Assembly (NCBI GenBank): GCA_038087875.1
Contig: CM075994.1
Location: 2,668,001-2,732,000, forward strand
DNA length: 64,000 nt
Source of the DNA: Malacoraja senta
Taxonomy: Eukaryota
Direction: 5' to 3'
This document shows positions 1 through 11,827 of this stretch, in pieces. Numbering within the stretch: the stretch's first letter is position 1; each line of letters starts with the position of its first letter. A model generated the notes under the pieces. The model worked only from the letters and a program-made list of their open reading frames with translations. It was not told where the DNA came from and made no database searches. Both the position numbers and the translations under genes were made by a program.

Positions 1-285
1 AATTCCCTCTCTCTCTCTCTCTCTATCCCTCCCCCATCCAATTCGCACCAGCTTCTCGTTTTCACCCAACAAACAGCTAACAATGGCCTGTTTCCTTTAT
101 CATCGTTACTTTTTGCATATCTTTCATTCATTGTTCTTTATCTCTCTACATCATCGTCAATATCTCTTGTTTCCCTTTACCGTGACTTTCAGTCTCAAGA
201 AGGGTCTCGACTCGAAACGTCACCCATTCCTTCTCTAGAGATGCTGCCAGTCCCGTCGAGTTACTCCAGCTTTTTGTGTCTATCT
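1..285 (+). mobile_element. Penelope-like element (PLE) terminal (pLTR) fragment with degenerate hammerhead motif
   Basis: Matches (reverse complement) the terminal region of the RT/GIY-YIG element at 43850-45950; contains CTCAAGAAGGGTCTCGACTCGAAACGTC at 194-221. Confidence 0.75.
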
Positions 286-3200
286 CCTGTACTTTCTAGC
301 TGGAAACATGTCATGGTTTTCAACATTGGGTTAAACTCGTGGAACACCCTACGATATTGGAGTATCTTCACCATGGAGACTGCAGTGGTTCAGGTGGTGG
401 TTTATCAGCACTTAGTCATAGCCAATTACAGATGGTATTAATTGCTAGCAATGCTGTTGATACCCACATTCTGTGAATAAATTGCATCGTGATCTAATAT
501 CCACAACTTAATTTTATTCTGTGTTTTAATTCATTTTATTTTTAACAACATTTTGTGCTTGTAAAGGCAATACCAACTTGTACATTTAAGTTTGAAGCCG
601 AAGATTTTTAGAGAGCTTGGTTGCTACCTTGATTATATATTGTCATTAAGAAGCATTATCTCGAGCCTATTAACACCCATCTCGGTATAATTATTGCCAT
701 GATAAATTTGGGCTGCCATCTTTAAGCAATCAATTGAAACTGAGCATTCCCCATCACAGAAAAGGAGTAATGCATAAAACATTTTGGCAATTTAATAGTT
801 TCCCACCTTTATTAATGTCAACGGTGTACTGATTTTGCAAAAGCAAAGAGATTGCTTCCTACCAAATACTGTGCTCTTTCAAATACATATCAACTGTTCT
901 GTAATTCTTTGAAAGTATTTGGAGTGCAGGCTTTCCACAGCTGTGTATTTTGCCATTCCACAATTATAGTACGAAAAGCACAGAAATATGGTCTTAGAAA
1001 TATTTAATTTATTAATCCCATCTCATTGTTTTCACATTAATCCTGCAAACTTCTCCGTTTCAATTCTATATCCAGTTTCCTTTTCAAAGTTAAAATTGAT
1101 TTGACGGGAGTTGGGGAGAATTTGGTGAGATGAACAATGGGATTGATGAGGGATTTTACCCTTTTTCACTTTTTAAGAACAACAATCTCAGTTTTTTTAA
1201 ATCTTACCACATAACTGAAGTTGAATATTCATTCTGGTAAATATCATCCTCGTCCTCTCCAAGGTGCTAATATACTACATTTGAATTAAAGCAGTGATTT
1301 ATAAAAGCATGAAATGACTTTCTAAGATTTGTACACTTTCTTATAATAATTCACGAATGTGGATCAGCTTCAATGATTGGTGTGTGTGTACACCTCAAAC
1401 TTCCTGTCCCTGCATCTCTTTTCCTTCCAATAAACATTGCTTCATGTTTTTGCATTAACGTCTCCTGTGTGTGCCCATTTCAGTCTGACTGTATAGTTCT
1501 AATATTTGCTACTAGCCTCATTGTTGCAATCATTACTAAGCTTTGTTTTAAAAGCAGAATACTGCAGTGCTAGAAAATAAAAATAAAACATTGGAAATGC
1601 TCGGGCCAGGCAGCATCTTTGCAGAAAGTAGTAATGCTAATTACCTTTTGTCATAACTAGGAAATGTTACAGATAAAATAAATACTAAACTCCTGTTAAG
1701 AGCTTGGAGGTAACTATAAAGAGGGGTGGAGTAAAAAGGATAGAAGACAAGAATGATTAACTGACAATGAGGCAACACTGAGACAAATAAGGTTTAGTAA
1801 ATTTACAACTGGGAGTAGCAAGGAACTGGCATCCTATGCTTAGCCTGATAGACGTCAAGAGTTTTTTTGTCATATGTCCTGGATAGAACAATGAAATTCT
1901 TACTTGCTGCAACATAACAGAATATGTGAACATAGTACATAACGGGAGAAGAAAAAAAGTTCAGCGTGTATATCCACACATACTCAATAAACAAACCATT
2001 ATAGTGCTATTGATACCCACGTTCTTTGAATAAATTGCACTTGAAACGCCAGCCAGAAGATGGAGTGCTGTTTGTTGAGCTTCATGAACGCAGTACGGAG
2101 AATCACTGATGGGACTTTTGGAATCAAATATGTGAATTCAGTGGAAGTACACCGCAGAATATTCATCTGTTTAGATTCCCAGTTGTGGAGGAGCTTGTGC
2201 TACAAGCAATAGATAGAGTGAAATACTATTCCATGGGGGAAATGCATTTAGAGCTGCAACCTACTGTCCTGGGCTGCCAGGGTCCTTTCAACCATGTCTT
2301 TTTCCTTCAATATGTTAAAGCTTGTTGTTTCTGAAAATCAAGACGTTGCAAATATTGGAAATATAGTAAAAACAGAAAATGCTAGAAGAACTGGACAGCA
2401 CGGTGACTCAGCAAATGAAGCTGCTGCCTCACCGCACAGAGACCTGGGTCCATTCTGACCTCGGGTGTTGTGTGCCTCCATAACTCTCAGACACTCAGCT
2501 GGTCAGGCAACATTGGTGAATAAGTTAGAGTTAATAATTCAAGTCTTTCCCAGTTTTGACAAAGGGGTTTCAGACCTGAAATGTTAACTGTTTTTCTTCA
2601 CAGCCTGACCTGCTGACTGTCTAGCATTTTCCATTTTTACTATTATTTTGTTTCTACCGTTTCAATACCAATTAAAAGTCATTCAATCTGATAAATTTAC
2701 TTTCTTTCTGTCTCCGCAGATACTGCCTCATCTAAGAATTTTCAGCAGTTTATGTTTATATTTCAATCCTTATTAAATGCTGATTCTGGGCAAATTGAAT
2801 TAACAATATATGGCCACTATAAGCACTGCACACTATTAAAGATAGGGGGATAGGTGTCCTTTATTCAACAAGATGTTTGGCTTTACCCAATATGCATGTG
2901 CATTTTTTTTTTAATCAACAATTAAACCTGGGATGAGAACGAATGATCAGATCACTGACGCTGACCAAGACATAAAGTTGCTGATTTAAAGTTGCTGATT
3001 TTATGCTTGTGGATATTAAAACTCATGAGCTTTTTTTCTTCTTCTCTGAAATAACAGTCATTTTAAGTTGACATGCATGATTAGGGTGGTAAATTAGTTA
3101 GTAACTGGGTAGTTTTAAACTTGTTAATGGATAATGGATTAATGAAACATCAGAAGCAGGGAATTTAGTTTTAATTAGGGCTAAAAAAAATTGCAGTTAA

Positions 3201-3334
3201 TCACAACTTTACGCTGCTCAGTAAAGGATTTTTGGACTGTCCTCAATTGTAATTATTAGTTTTAATTGCAGTAGTTTATTGCCCTAACTTTATTTTCCAT
3301 TTATGTTTGTACTTGTAATATACCTGGTGTGATA

Positions 3335-3985
3335 CATGAGACAAAATGCTGGAGGAACTCATTGGACCAGATAGTATCTGTGGAGGGTAATGAAAGGTTG
3401 AAATGTTGAGTAGAGGGGAGATGGCCGGAATAAAGAGGTGAGGAGTGGGGATGATGCAAGAGCTAACAAGCAGTAGGTGGATCAAGGTGAGGACTGGTAA
3501 TTGGCAGAAGGAGCCGGGTGGGGGTGGAGACAGTGACAGGCTGAGGAGGAAGAGTGGAGTAGTGACAGGCTTGGAGGGCATGAATAGAAACAATAGGTTG
3601 AATGTTATGGAATCTGATAAGAAAGGAAGAGTGGAATCAAAAAGAGGGATGGTCGGCAAGTAGAAGCAGTAGGAGGAGTATGTATGTGATAGGCAAATAG
3701 GGTAGAGGGGGAAGAGGAAGGAAACAGTGATAGCGTGGAAAGGTATGTGAGAGGACCTGGCTACGTTCCTGGATAGATCAGAAGGAGAGAGAAAGGGACA
3801 AAGAGAGAGCTGAAATTGGAAATGTTCATGATGTTGGATTGTAGACTACCCAGGCAGAATATGAGATGTCATTCCTCTAGTTTGCGTTTGGCCTCACCCT
3901 GGCAGTCGAAGAACCCAAGAACAGGAAGGTTGGAATGGGAAGAGGAATTAAAATGGCTTGTAACCAGGGGCACCAGGTGGCCATT
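3335..3985 (-). mobile_element. Degenerate PLE 3' part (end of GIY-YIG region plus pLTR)
   Basis: 3790-3960 resembles 44660-44830 of the better-preserved PLE; pLTR motif 'acaaaatgctggaggaactc' near 3340. Confidence 0.6.
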
Positions 3986-3989
3986 TTCA

Positions 3990-4790
3990 TTGTCCTAGGT
4001 GATGGAAAAGTGCTACTTTGATATTTGCACATCTTTAGCTATGGGTAAGGTACCACAGGATGGGACGGTGGCTAATTTCGTGCCTTTAAAAAGAGCTGCA
4101 AGGACAAACCAGGGAACTACAGGCAGGTGAGCCTAATGTGAGTGGTAGGAAAATTACTGAAGATCCTGAAGGATAGGATCTACCAGCATTTGGAAAGGCA
4201 AGCACTGATTAAGATTAGTCAGCATTGGTTTGTGCATGAGAAATCGTGCCTTGCAAATTTGATCGAGTTTTGAAGAGGCACTAGAGATTGTTTATGTATG
4301 CTTTTGACAAGGTCCTACATGTTGGATCTTGTCTGGAAGGTTGGATCACATGGGATCCAATGTGAGCTGGCCAATTAGGTACATGATGGCCTGGTGGAGG
4401 GAATCAAAGGGTGGTTGTTATCCAGACTAGAGACCTGTGACCAATGGTCAGTGCTCCGCTTACTGTGATCTATATTATCAATTTGGATGACATTTTGACA
4501 TCGTTTGTAAATTAGCAGAGGGCACCAAAATTGAAGGTGTACCGAACAGTTATCCAAGTTACAAGTGTCAAGATCAATCGGGGAAGTAGACCAAGAAATG
4601 GCAGGTGCAATTTAACTTGAACAACTGCAAGGTGTTGCGCTTTGGTAAGTTAAACTTGGACAGGATTTACATAGCAAATGGTAGGATTCTAGAGAATGTT
4701 GTAGAATCGGAGACCTTGAGGTAGTTCCTCAAAAGTGATAACACAAGTAGACTGGTGAAGAAGACATTCTTTAAAGGTCAACAAATCAAT
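3990..4790 (+). mobile_element. Decayed CR1-type LINE reverse transcriptase fragment
   Basis: Recognisable CR1 ORF2 segments (gggaactacaggcaggtgagccta = GNYR.VSL; agtcagcattggtttgtg; aaatcgtgccttgcaaatttgatcgagttt), with frameshifts. Confidence 0.7.
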
Positions 4791-5029
4791 TCAGGCGTTC
4801 TCCTTAATCAGCCAGTCACTGGGCATGCAGGTTTGTTTATGGTTATGCAACATAAAGCTAACCCTTGGACCATGACTCCACATACGAACACCAAGCCATT
4901 GTCTCCTACACGATCACTGATCTCGGCACACCAGAGGATCTCCCTCCACAGCCTCAAACCTGATAGTGCCCCAACCCTGCACTCCCCATTTCTATTTTCT
5001 CAAGATCAACAGACAGGATTTTCTTCGTA

Positions 5030-7810
5030 GGTAGACGCAAAATGTTGGAGTAACTCAGCGTGTGAGGCAGAATCTCTGGAGAGAAGGAATGGGCGATGTT
5101 TCGGGTCAAGACCCTTTGTCTTCGTAGGCTCATCGTTTCTGTCTGCTCTTTCCCCGCTGTACTTGCTTTCTCATTACCCCGATTCCAACTTATTTCCTTC
5201 TTCTACCCCCACCCCAACCACTCACATCAACGATACCTTGCACATTCTGAGCCATTTCAACACCTCCAATTCCTGGACCACACCACCTCATCTTCACCAT
5301 GGATATCCATCCTGTATACACACGTCCACCATCAGAAAGACCTTTGGGCGCTTTGTTTCTTTCTAGAACATAAATCCAACCAGTTCACTTCAACTAACAA
5401 ACCCATACATCTGGCAGTACTTGTTCTTGCCCTAAACAACTTATCTTTTGATTCCTCTCACCACTCCAGAATTCTTTCTCCATTACATTGAAGACTCCTT
5501 TTTTGCTGGTGACAACACTTGTGTGGAACTTTTCAATGATATCAACTTTGATGCTGAATTCCATCCTGCCCTCAAATTTCTGACTTATCTCCTGTTTTTG
5601 GTTCTGTCTCCATCTCGGGAGACAAACTATTCACTGAATTACCATAAGCCTTACAACTCATCAACCTCCAAGGCTACACGTTTTCCTGTCATATCTCTTT
5701 TAAGTCAACATCCCTTTCTTTCAGTTTCTCCATCTCCACTGCACCTGTTCTCGATGATGCTTTCTACTCCAGGACATCTCGGATGGCCTACTTTTTGAAG
5801 AAACATTGCTTTGTGGTTTATTGAGCCCCCATCCGCATCTCCACCATTTCTTATACTTCTGCTCCCTGCCACCTCCTCGGGGAGACCACCAGCTTAATCA
5901 AGGTCGAGTCTCACCCCGGACACTCTTTTTTCCACTCTCCCATCAATTAGAGAGCGGTCTTGAACTACCATCTACCTCTTTGAAGGCCCTTGGACTATCT
6001 TTAACCAGGCTTTACTAGACTTTATCTTGCACCAAACATTATTCCCTTTATCCTGTATCTGTACACTGAACGGCCTGATTGTAATCATGTATACTCTTTC
6101 CGCTGACTGGATAGCATACAACAACCTCGGTACACGTGACAATAAAACTAAACTAAATAGAATATGGATAGGGTTCCCTTCGTACTTGCCTTTCATCTTG
6201 TCTAGCATGACATTCTTTGACGCACCTATCTACTTACTGCAAGGAGTCTTGGAGAAAGTCCACTTTCCTCAGATAGACACAAAAAGCTGGAGTAAATCAG
6301 CGGGACAGGCATCATCTTTGGAGAGAAGGAATGGGTGACTTTTCGGGTCGAGACCCTTCACTTTCCTCACCTGTACTCGCACCACTTCCTTCACCTCCAC
6401 CCAGGGACCTAAACAGCCTTTCCAGGCGATGAAATTCCCCTGCACCTCCTCCATCCTTGTCTATTGTATTTAGTGCTCTCTGTGGCCTCCTCTACATTGG
6501 TGAGGCCAATTTAGATGACTGCCAAGTACCTGCACTCTGTCCACCAGGAGTTCCCCGTTTCTAGCCATTTTATTATCACTTCCCATTCCTATACAAACCT
6601 GTCTCCGTGGCCTCCTGTACTGCCAGGTTGAGGCCAAACTTAAATTGGAGCAACAGTACCTTGTATTCCACACGGGTAATTACATTAGAGGATTTCAGTA
6701 TAGGAGTAAAGAGGTTCTTCTGCAGTTGTATAGGGCTCTGGTAAGACCACATCTGGAGTATTGTGTACAATTTTGGTCTCCTAATTTGAGGAAGGACATC
6801 CTTGTGATTGAGGCAGTGCAGCGTAGGTTCACGAGATTGATCCCTGGGATGGCGGGACTCGTATGAGGAAAGATTGAAAAGACTAGGCTTGTATTCACTG
6901 GAGTTTAGAAGGATGAGGGGGGGGGGGGATCTTAGAGAAACATATAAAATTATAAAAGGACTGGACAAGCTAGATGCAGGAAAAATGTTCCCAATGTTGG
7001 GCGAGTCCAGAACCAGGGGCCGCAGTCTTAGAATAAAGGGGAGGCCATTTAAGACTGAGGTAAGAAAAAACTTTTTCACCCAGAGAGTTGTGAATTTGTG
7101 GAATTCCCTGCCACAGAGGGCAGTGGATGCCAAATCACAGGATGGATTTAAGAGAGAGTTAGATAGAGCTCATGGGGCTAGTGGAATCAAGGGATATGGG
7201 GAGAAGGCAGGCACGGGTTATTGATTGGGGACGATCAGCCATGATCACAATGAATGGCAGTGCTGGCTCAAAGGGCCGAATGGCCTCCACCTATTTTCTG
7301 TGTATTTTCTATCCCAACATGAACATTGAATTGTCCAATTTCAGTTCATTTGTTCATTTCCCTCTCCTGATGTATCCAGGTCCTCTCACACCCTCTTCTT
7401 TCCAGCCCCAGCCCCCATCCTCTATCATTCAGCTTCTTTCCCTTCCTTCATCTGGCCCTCCCCTAACTTCCAATTTCCCCAACATCCCTCCCTTTTTTTT
7501 GGTTTATCAGGTTCCACATCTGCAACCCCTTTGTCTCCGTTTATCATCTCCCTGTTCCTGAAGCCGTCTTCACCCTTCTCTCCCCCTCCTTGCTCCATTT
7601 GCTCATCAAGCCCTTCCTCACTAAATCCACCTGCCTCTTGCCAGCTCCTGCATCATCCCGCCTGCCAACCTCTCAATACTGGCAACCTCCCCCTTTAGAC
7701 TCAGTCCTGCTATGAAGCGTCAACTATTCCTTTGCCTCCACAGATGCGGCTAGTTCCTCCAGCAGACTGTTTCTTGCTACAGATTCCAGAATCTGCCGTC
7801 TTGTTTCTCC
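5030..7810 (+). mobile_element. Decayed PLE (RT, GIY-YIG, pLTR) with nested insertions
   Basis: FHPALKF motif (ORF 5448..5798); CTSS.LVYCI...CGLLYIG GIY-YIG segment near 6440-6500; pLTR-like ends. Confidence 0.7.
6680..7285 (+). mobile_element. 5'-truncated CR1 LINE 3' end, nested in the PLE
   Basis: ORFs [19 protein letters not shown] and RTRGRSL...FFTQRVVNLWNSLP; CR1 3' tail gggccgaatggcct. Confidence 0.9.
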
Positions 7811-9286
7811 GTTAAGCTGACCATATCTAACTTGCATGACCAACACTTTCCTGAGAAATTGAGTACTTCAGCCTGGAACTTCTAATGTAAATTCATTAAC
7901 TCATATTCAGTAAGACACATCCAATGATTGATTTCCCAGTTGCGTTCACGTGAGTCCAGCAGTGAAGTGCTAATGTTCTGAGATTTCTCGTTGGTTAGGT
8001 AGGAAGTTCTGGACCTGGCTCAATTTAGTAATGACATAGGTAGAGCAACTCTATTCATTTCCATTTATAAGACATAGGAGCAGAATTAGGCCCTTTGGCC
8101 TAACGAGTCAACTCTGCCATTCAATCATGGCTGACCTATTTTACCCCCATTCTCCTGCCTCCTCCATCAAAGAATGACTGCAAGAGATTTCCAATATTTG
8201 ATTTGGGTTAACTAAATATATTGGGGGGTTTTCTGTTTTAACTTTAGGTTTTTTTTGTGCAATTTTTCTTTGAATGTTTAAAGGTTAGCAACATTTACAA
8301 ACAGTGCTTTAATGTTTTGACAGCCAGGGGTTTAATTGGGGTCAATGCATTTCTGTGGGATATTCTTATTCAGACATCACTCTTGAGATGCCAATTACAA
8401 CTAGAAAGCCCTGTGTTGCATAGGGGCTCTCTTGAAATATTTGGGTAGCTTTATTTATGAATTTGATGTGAGTTAATAGACTCCAGGACTGCAAGGAAAT
8501 TCTGACAGCAGCTGCTGAAAATCCCACCCATCATCACCTGAGGCTGTCTGTTCAGTTAATGCATTGCACAGTACCGTAAGGGATCCATAATCCAAGGCTG
8601 GCATGTTATTTTGATTGCCAAAGGGACCAATTAAAATATTTGCTTTGCAACTGAGCATGCTCTGGAATTTTTATTTCGGAGGCCACTGTCCTTTTTGACC
8701 AGTGCGTTGGTTCTTGTATATCAACCTGAATCGCTGCAAGATCAAATTGGTGAACTAGTGTATATTTTTTTAGAACTAGTGTTAGAACTAGTCTAAAAGT
8801 AATGTTCTAACGCATGTTTTAGAACCAGCATCGTTCCCACCAAACCTCCCTCACAGTGTATCAACGCAGAAGATTGTTTCTCTTTAAACTGATCTGGATG
8901 AATCCTCCAAAGGCATGTTTGTAGCAAAAGATTGTCTTGAACTGTGCGGGGAAACCCACGCAAGATTCAACTATTTGAGCAGTGAGTGCAAGTCTGTGTT
9001 TGCAGTAATGCTCAAGGAAGAAGATGGTTTGGAAAGATCACCATTGAGATGGAGGAGCAAATGTGGATATCTTCTGTATCAGCAGCTTTAGAACTGAACA
9101 ACCATAGTATCTTCTATTCAGAGCAACTATTTTAAGAAATTTTGAGGTGTAAATAAATGACGACCGTCTGAAGTTTTACGTGGGGTCTTGTATTCACTGC
9201 AAATACATAAGGGATGCAATTGGAACATTGCCAAATACTATCCAAAAGATAAAAAACCAATGGTTCCCTTAAAATACCAAGCTATA

Positions 9287-10783
9287 CCTTCATAATGTTT
9301 GGGACAAAGACCCATCATTTATTTATTTGCCTCTGTACTCCACAATTTGAGATTTGTAATAGAAAAAAAATCACATGTGCTTAAAGTGCACATTGTCAGA
9401 TTTTAATAAAGGCCATTTTTATACATTTTGGTTTCACCATGTAGAAATTACAGCAGTGTTTATACATAGTCCCCCCATTTCAGGGCACTTTATGTTTGGG
9501 ACACAGCAATGTCATGTAAATGAAAGTAGGTATGTTTAGTATTTTGTTGCATATCCTTTGCATGCAATGACTGCTTGAAGATTGTGATTCATGGACATCA
9601 CCAGTTGCTGGGTGTCTTCTCTGGTGATGTTCTGCCAGGCCTGTATTACAGCCAACTTTAGCTTTTGCTTGTTTTGGGGGCAAGTCCTCTTCAGTTTTCT
9701 CTTCAGCATATAAAAGACATGCTCAATTGGGTTCAGATCGGGTGATTGACGGCCACTCAAAATTGACAATTTTTTAGCTTTGAAAAACTCCTTTGTTGCT
9801 TTAGCAGTATGTTTGGGATCAATGTCTTGCTGTAGAATAAACCGCCAGCCAATGAGTTTTGAGGCATTTGTTTGAACTTGAGCAGATAGGATGTGTCTAT
9901 ACACTTCAGAATTCATTATGCTACTACCATCAGCAGTTGTATCATCAATGAAGATAAGTGAGCCAGTACCTTCAGCAGCCATACATGCCCAAGCCATAAC
10001 ACCCCCATAACGCATGTCACAGATGAGGTGGTATGCTTTGGATCTTGGGCAGTTCCTTCTCTCCTCCGTTGCTCTTGCCATCACTCTGATATAAGTTAAT
10101 CTTCGTCTCATCTGTCCACAAGACCTTTTTCCAGGACTGTGGTTGCTCTTTTAAGTACTTCTTGGCAAACTAACCCAGCCATCCTATTTTTGTGGCTAAT
10201 CAGTGGTTTGCATCGCAGTGTACCCTCTGTATTTCTGTTCATGAAGTCTTCTGCGGACAGTGGTCATTGACAAATCTACACCTGACTCCAGAAGAGTGTT
10301 TCTGATCTGTCGGGCAGGTGTTTGGGGATTTTTCTTTATTATAGAGAAAATTCTTCTGTCATCAGCTGTGGAGGTCTTCCTTGGCCTGGCAGTCCCTTTG
10401 CAATTAGTAAACTCACCAGTGCTCTCTTTCTTCTTAATGATGTTCCAAACAGTTGATTTTGGTAAGCCGAAAGACTGATTTTGGAAAGACTAGGAGCTCT
10501 CTTATACCTGCATTAAGGAGGCAACTAAACACACCTGAGCAATTTAAACACCTGTGAAGCCATGTCCCAAACATTATGGTGCCCTGAAATGGGGGGACAA
10601 TGTATAATTACTGTTGTCATTTCTGCATGGTGAAACCAAAATGTATAAAAATACCCTTTAATAAAATCTGACAATGCACTTTAACCACATGTGATTTTTT
10701 TATATTGTAAATCTCAAATTGTGGAGTACAGAGGCAAATAAATAAATGATGGGTCTTTGTCCCAAACATTATAGAGGGCACTG
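9287..10783 (-). mobile_element. Tc1/mariner (DD34E) transposon, internally deleted, with long IR/DR-type inverted repeats
   Basis: ~220-bp TIRs ending ...gagggcactg|TA; ORF 9536..10111 has GGVMAWACM, QQDIDPKH and SPDLNPIEH. Confidence 0.93.
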
Positions 10784-11383
10784 TAAATGATACCAGTGGC
10801 TAAAATACATAATGAAATCATCTGTATAGTTCCAAACCTGTCTATTCTGCGGAGTGCTAATCTTTGGCACTCTCTTAGATTTTCTGAGGAATTTACAGGC
10901 CAGATCTCATGTAGGAACCATGCGTTTGCTTGTATGATAACACAAGATTGAGTAAGCCCTGTGGCGAAGACGCTTCCCTCTTTCCATTAAAAGCACTTGG
11001 TCATCATTGGAAGGGCCGGCATTCATAATGATCCCTAAATGCCCTTGACCAAGTATTGGATGAACCACTGCCTTAAACCTCTGCAGTCCGGCTGGTGAAA
11101 GTTCTCCCACTATTTCTTGATTAGGAAGTTACAGCATTGAGACATAGCATTACTGAAGAGCCAGCAGCAAATATTTAAATACAAATCTTGGAGTATGTGT
11201 AATATAGATTGTGAAGAGAAGAAAATGTAGCTGTGGGCAATAAATCCTTATCAAGCACTCTTGCAGTCTGTATAAGAAGATGTTAGATAAAGAACTGCAT
11301 TAACATCTTATTCATTTATATGTTAATATTGTCTGTTATTCAATAAAATGTGCCCTTTTGACAGTGATTTTTGCTTCCAACAG

Positions 11384-11562
11384 AACCAGATTCAATATCT
11401 CAAGCAAGTCCAACTGCCCAGTGCTGCTCAACTCCGAAGCACCTTGGTTGACCCTTCCATTAACTTGTTTTTCCTTAAAATGAAGACTGAACTGGAACAG
11501 ACTAAAGACAAACTGGAACAAGCTCAAAATGAACTGAGTGCCTGGAAGTTTACACCTGATAG
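11384..11562 (+). CDS. WTAP: WTAP internal coding exon (human exon 6 equivalent)
   Basis: cag|AAC...GATAG|gtaaac; NQIQYLKQVQLPSAAQLRSTLVDPSINLFFLKMKTELEQTKDKLEQAQNELSAWKFTPD; 179 bp. Confidence 0.97.
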
Positions 11563-11775
11563 GTAAACAAACAAAATACTCCCCAGTCAAGACTTCCCTG
11601 ACAATCCCACTGCAAGAATGCTATGGTGGGATGGCCAAGTACTCTCTTATCAGAGCAAGACAGCCTCAGCCTTTGAGCAAAAAAATCCGATTCATTTACT
11701 GCTCAGCTTGTTATGCTTAATGTAAAACGTTATCAGATGAACATTCTGTTTCAGCTTTCCCCCCTTCTACTTCAG

Positions 11776-11827
11776 AGGCCTGAAGGAGTCGGACTGTTCC
11801 GAAGAGGTGGCCTGCCTCCAACTTTAA
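11776..11827 (+). CDS. WTAP: Putative alternative terminal coding segment of a short WTAP isoform (RGLKESDCSEEVACLQL*)
   Basis: Polypyrimidine tract and ttcag|A acceptor in frame with the donor at 11562; peptide resembles the human short-isoform C-terminus (recalled as RGLMASDYSEEVA...). Confidence 0.65.

Noticed and set aside
1..11383. Upstream WTAP coding exons
   Set aside because: No match seen to the N-terminal WTAP peptides; presumably left of the window
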